A stretch of 64,000 bases of DNA from Peptococcaceae bacterium. GTDB taxonomy: Bacteria > Bacillota > Peptococcia > Peptococcales > Peptococcaceae. The position numbers and the translations under genes were made by a program. This document shows, in pieces, positions 62,038 to 64,000 of this stretch. The stretch spans positions 2,749-66,748 of the forward strand of contig JAUNGU010000002.1 in assembly GCA_030524315.1 (NCBI GenBank), in the 5' to 3' direction. The notes under the pieces are model-generated. The model ran no database searches and was not told where the DNA came from. It saw nothing but the letters and a program-made list of their open reading frames with translations. Position 1 is the first letter of the stretch, and the number at the start of each line of letters is the position of its first letter.

Positions 62038-64000
62038 ATGAAAAACAAAGTATTGGTTTTGGGCGTTGACGGCCTTGATCCACGTTTGGCAAAAAAATAC
62101 ATGGACAAAGGCGTCATGCCACACTTCACAGAATTTATGAAACGCGGCTCTACCAGAGAAGACCTGGTCATGCTCGGCGCGATGCCAACCATCACGCCAC
62201 CACTTTGGACGACGCTGGCCACAGGTGCCTATGTTGGGACCCACGGCGTGACAGATTTCTGGAACCCACATCCAGACAAGCTGGACACATTGGTGTACTC
62301 TTTTGACTCCAGAAATTGCAAAGCCGAGCCACTTTGGAACGTTTTTGCAGAAAATGGTCAAAAGACCTTGGTCTTCCACTGGCCAGGTTCCTCTTGGCCT
62401 CCAACCTCTGACAGCCCAAATCTTCACGTTGTTGACGGGACCCAGCCATCGAATATTAACGTGGCTGTTGGGACTGTTGAATGGGGACAGTGGATCGAAG
62501 CCTCTGGCGACATCAAAGAAGCTCACGTATTTGAACACGAAGACGATGGCTCCGGTGTTGGCTGTGTGCTGACGGACATCGACGTAGCAGAAGCCGAATC
62601 CAAATCTAGCGCCGGTGCAAAAGCCCTTGACCAATCTCTGAAACAGAAAACCCTCGTCAACATGATCATGAACGAAAACGAAGGGGAAAACGCAGGCGCA
62701 TCTCATCCACAGCTCTACGATAACAAAACCACCGTGCCGCTCAAAGATGCTAAGGGCTGGGCAAACGCACCGGAAGGCGCCAAGGAATTCAACATCCTCA
62801 TCAGCGGTGGTATGGAACGCCGTCCAGCGCTGGTCATCCCAAATGCAGACGGCAAGTTTGAAAAGGTCGCCATCTACAAATCGAAAAAGGCCGAAGAACC
62901 AATCGTTGTTCTCGATCAAATCGGCGTCGTTGTCAACGACATTTTTGATACCGTTAGCAAGGACGGCGAGCACGTCGATGTTGTCCGTCAGGCCATTTTG
63001 GTTGAGCTCCCTGAGGATGGCAGTAAGGTTGAAATCTGGTATGGCAATGCCATGGAAACCAACAACGACACCCTCTTCCATCCAAAATCCCTGCTCAAGC
63101 AAATTCAAGAAAAGGTTGGCCAATTCCGAAGTATCGGCATGATCGTTGGTAACTCGCCAAACGCCGCCAACAAGGTGTACGCCCCACTCTGGGAATCCTA
63201 CACCGAATGGCAGGCCGAATCCATGAATGCCCTGATCAAAGAAAACGACTATGACATCGTTTTCTCTCACATCCACAACGTCGATGCGGCGGGCCATATT
63301 TTCTGGGAGCTGGCAAAATATCGTCCACACGTCAAGCCTTACGACGAAACAGATATCCAAGCTGTCATCGAACGCTTCTATGTCGACACCGACAGATACC
63401 TCAGCCGCTTCATGCACCTGCTCGACGAGGGTTGGGACATTATCATCACCTCTGACCACGGTCTCGTTTGCTCCGAAGAAGAAGAGCCAGCCGTTCCAAT
63501 CGGCGATCCATTTGGCGTCAACATCAAGGTCATGGAAGAACTCGGCTATACCGTCATGAAGAAGGATGAAAACGGCAATGACCTGCGCGAAATCGACTGG
63601 AGCAAAACCACCGCTGTCGCCCAGCGCGGTATCTACATCTACATCAATCTCAAGGGCCGCAACCCAGAAGGGATTGTCGATCCAGCCGACCAATACGAAT
63701 TAGAGCGCAAGATCATTGACGATCTTTACAACTATCGTTGGAATGGCAAACGCATCGTTTCCCTCGCTGTGCGCAAGAAAGAAGCGCTGCACTTTGGTCT
63801 TCAAGGTGACAATGTTGGCGACATTATCTACTTCAACGAAGAAGGCTTCAACCGCATCCACGGGGATTCGATCTCGACCTATCAGGGCTATGCAGATACA
63901 TCCGTATCGCCAATTTTCTTGGCAGCAGGTCCAAACATCAAAAAAGATTTCATCACGGACCGTGTCATCCGCGAAGTAGACGTTGCACCAACCGTTGCCG
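62038..64000 (+). CDS. alkaline-phosphatase-superfamily type I phosphodiesterase-like protein, 3' end outside window (paralog of 1..1449)
   Basis: Absent from the ORF track because it has no stop before the window end. ATG at 62038 lies 7 nt after AAGGAGG (62024-62030). Own translation: MKNKVLVLGVDGLDPRLAKKYMDKGVMPHF...TPPLWTTLATG...FSHIHNVDAAGH...IITSDHGL. Open through position 64000. Confidence 0.88.
   Translation, partial: MKNKVLVLGVDGLDPRLAKKYMDKGVMPHFTEFMKRGSTREDLVMLGAMPTITPPLWTTLATGAYVGTHGVTDFWNPHPDKLDTLVYSFDSRNCKAEPLWNVFAENGQKTLVFHWPGSSWPPTSDSPNLHVVDGTQPSNINVAVGTVEWGQWIEASGDIKEAHVFEHEDDGSGVGCVLTDIDVAEAESKSSAGAKALDQSLKQKTLVNMIMNENEGENAGASHPQLYDNKTTVPLKDAKGWANAPEGAKEFNILISGGMERRPALVIPNADGKFEKVAIYKSKKAEEPIVVLDQIGVVVNDIFDTVSKDGEHVDVVRQAILVELPEDGSKVEIWYGNAMETNNDTLFHPKSLLKQIQEKVGQFRSIGMIVGNSPNAANKVYAPLWESYTEWQAESMNALIKENDYDIVFSHIHNVDAAGHIFWELAKYRPHVKPYDETDIQAVIERFYVDTDRYLSRFMHLLDEGWDIIITSDHGLVCSEEEEPAVPIGDPFGVNIKVMEELGYTVMKKDENGNDLREIDWSKTTAVAQRGIYIYINLKGRNPEGIVDPADQYELERKIIDDLYNYRWNGKRIVSLAVRKKEALHFGLQGDNVGDIIYFNEEGFNRIHGDSISTYQGYADTSVSPIFLAAGPNIKKDFITDRVIREVDVAPTVA

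Noticed and set aside
61987-63693. 568-aa minus-strand ORF, the only ORF the track offers for this region
   Set aside because: The plus strand carries a motif-rich phosphodiesterase paralog with a strong RBS. The minus ORF is a shadow frame.
1-64000. Search for CRISPR arrays, IS elements, integrases, rRNA genes and prophage genes
   Set aside because: No regularly spaced direct repeats were seen, and no transposase, integrase or phage-structural-like ORFs. No rRNA-like sequence was seen either.

Overview
64 kb chromosomal segment from a Gram-positive, Clostridia-like genome. It has strong GGAGG-type ribosome binding sites, many GC-rich stem plus T-run terminators, and a GC-rich backbone (about 60% in sampled lines) interrupted by AT-richer blocks. 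I call 62 protein-coding genes, one tRNA-Gly(CCC), and no rRNA, CRISPR array, transposase or integrase.

Housekeeping genes: alr, ackA, murA, tex, citrate synthase, eukaryote-type NADP-isocitrate dehydrogenase, lutABC, an Fe-alcohol dehydrogenase, a PatB/MalY C-S lyase, an SNF2/SWIM helicase and a yycJ-like MBL hydrolase plus HtrA protease pair.

Accessory genes: an ECF transporter with an MptD-type S component plus an AraC regulator, a BMP-family ABC importer, two MFS and one DMT transporter, LysR (two), MarR and TetR regulators, RhuM, a SIR2-family protein, a SixA-CHAD fusion, and several secreted or lipoprotein genes, three of which carry copper-amine-oxidase-N-type stalk domains.

The window begins and ends with paralogous phosphodiesterase genes. 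The second one (62038 to the window end) is missing from the supplied ORF track and is masked there by a 568-aa antisense ORF.

Most interesting observations:
1. An orphan LytTR response regulator. Its own promoter and the promoter of the next gene carry 9-N12-9 direct-repeat boxes at identical spacing from the -10 element.
2. An AT-rich ECF/AraC cassette bracketed by about 45-nt direct repeats that include the stop codon of the SIR2 gene.
3. A tight cluster of near-consensus DnaA boxes far from any dnaA gene.
4. A histidine-phosphatase-CHAD fusion with a Lys/His/Cys-rich tail.
5. A secreted protein whose signal peptide is only encoded if translation starts at CTG.

All functional calls come from motif and family recognition by eye. 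No database search was run.
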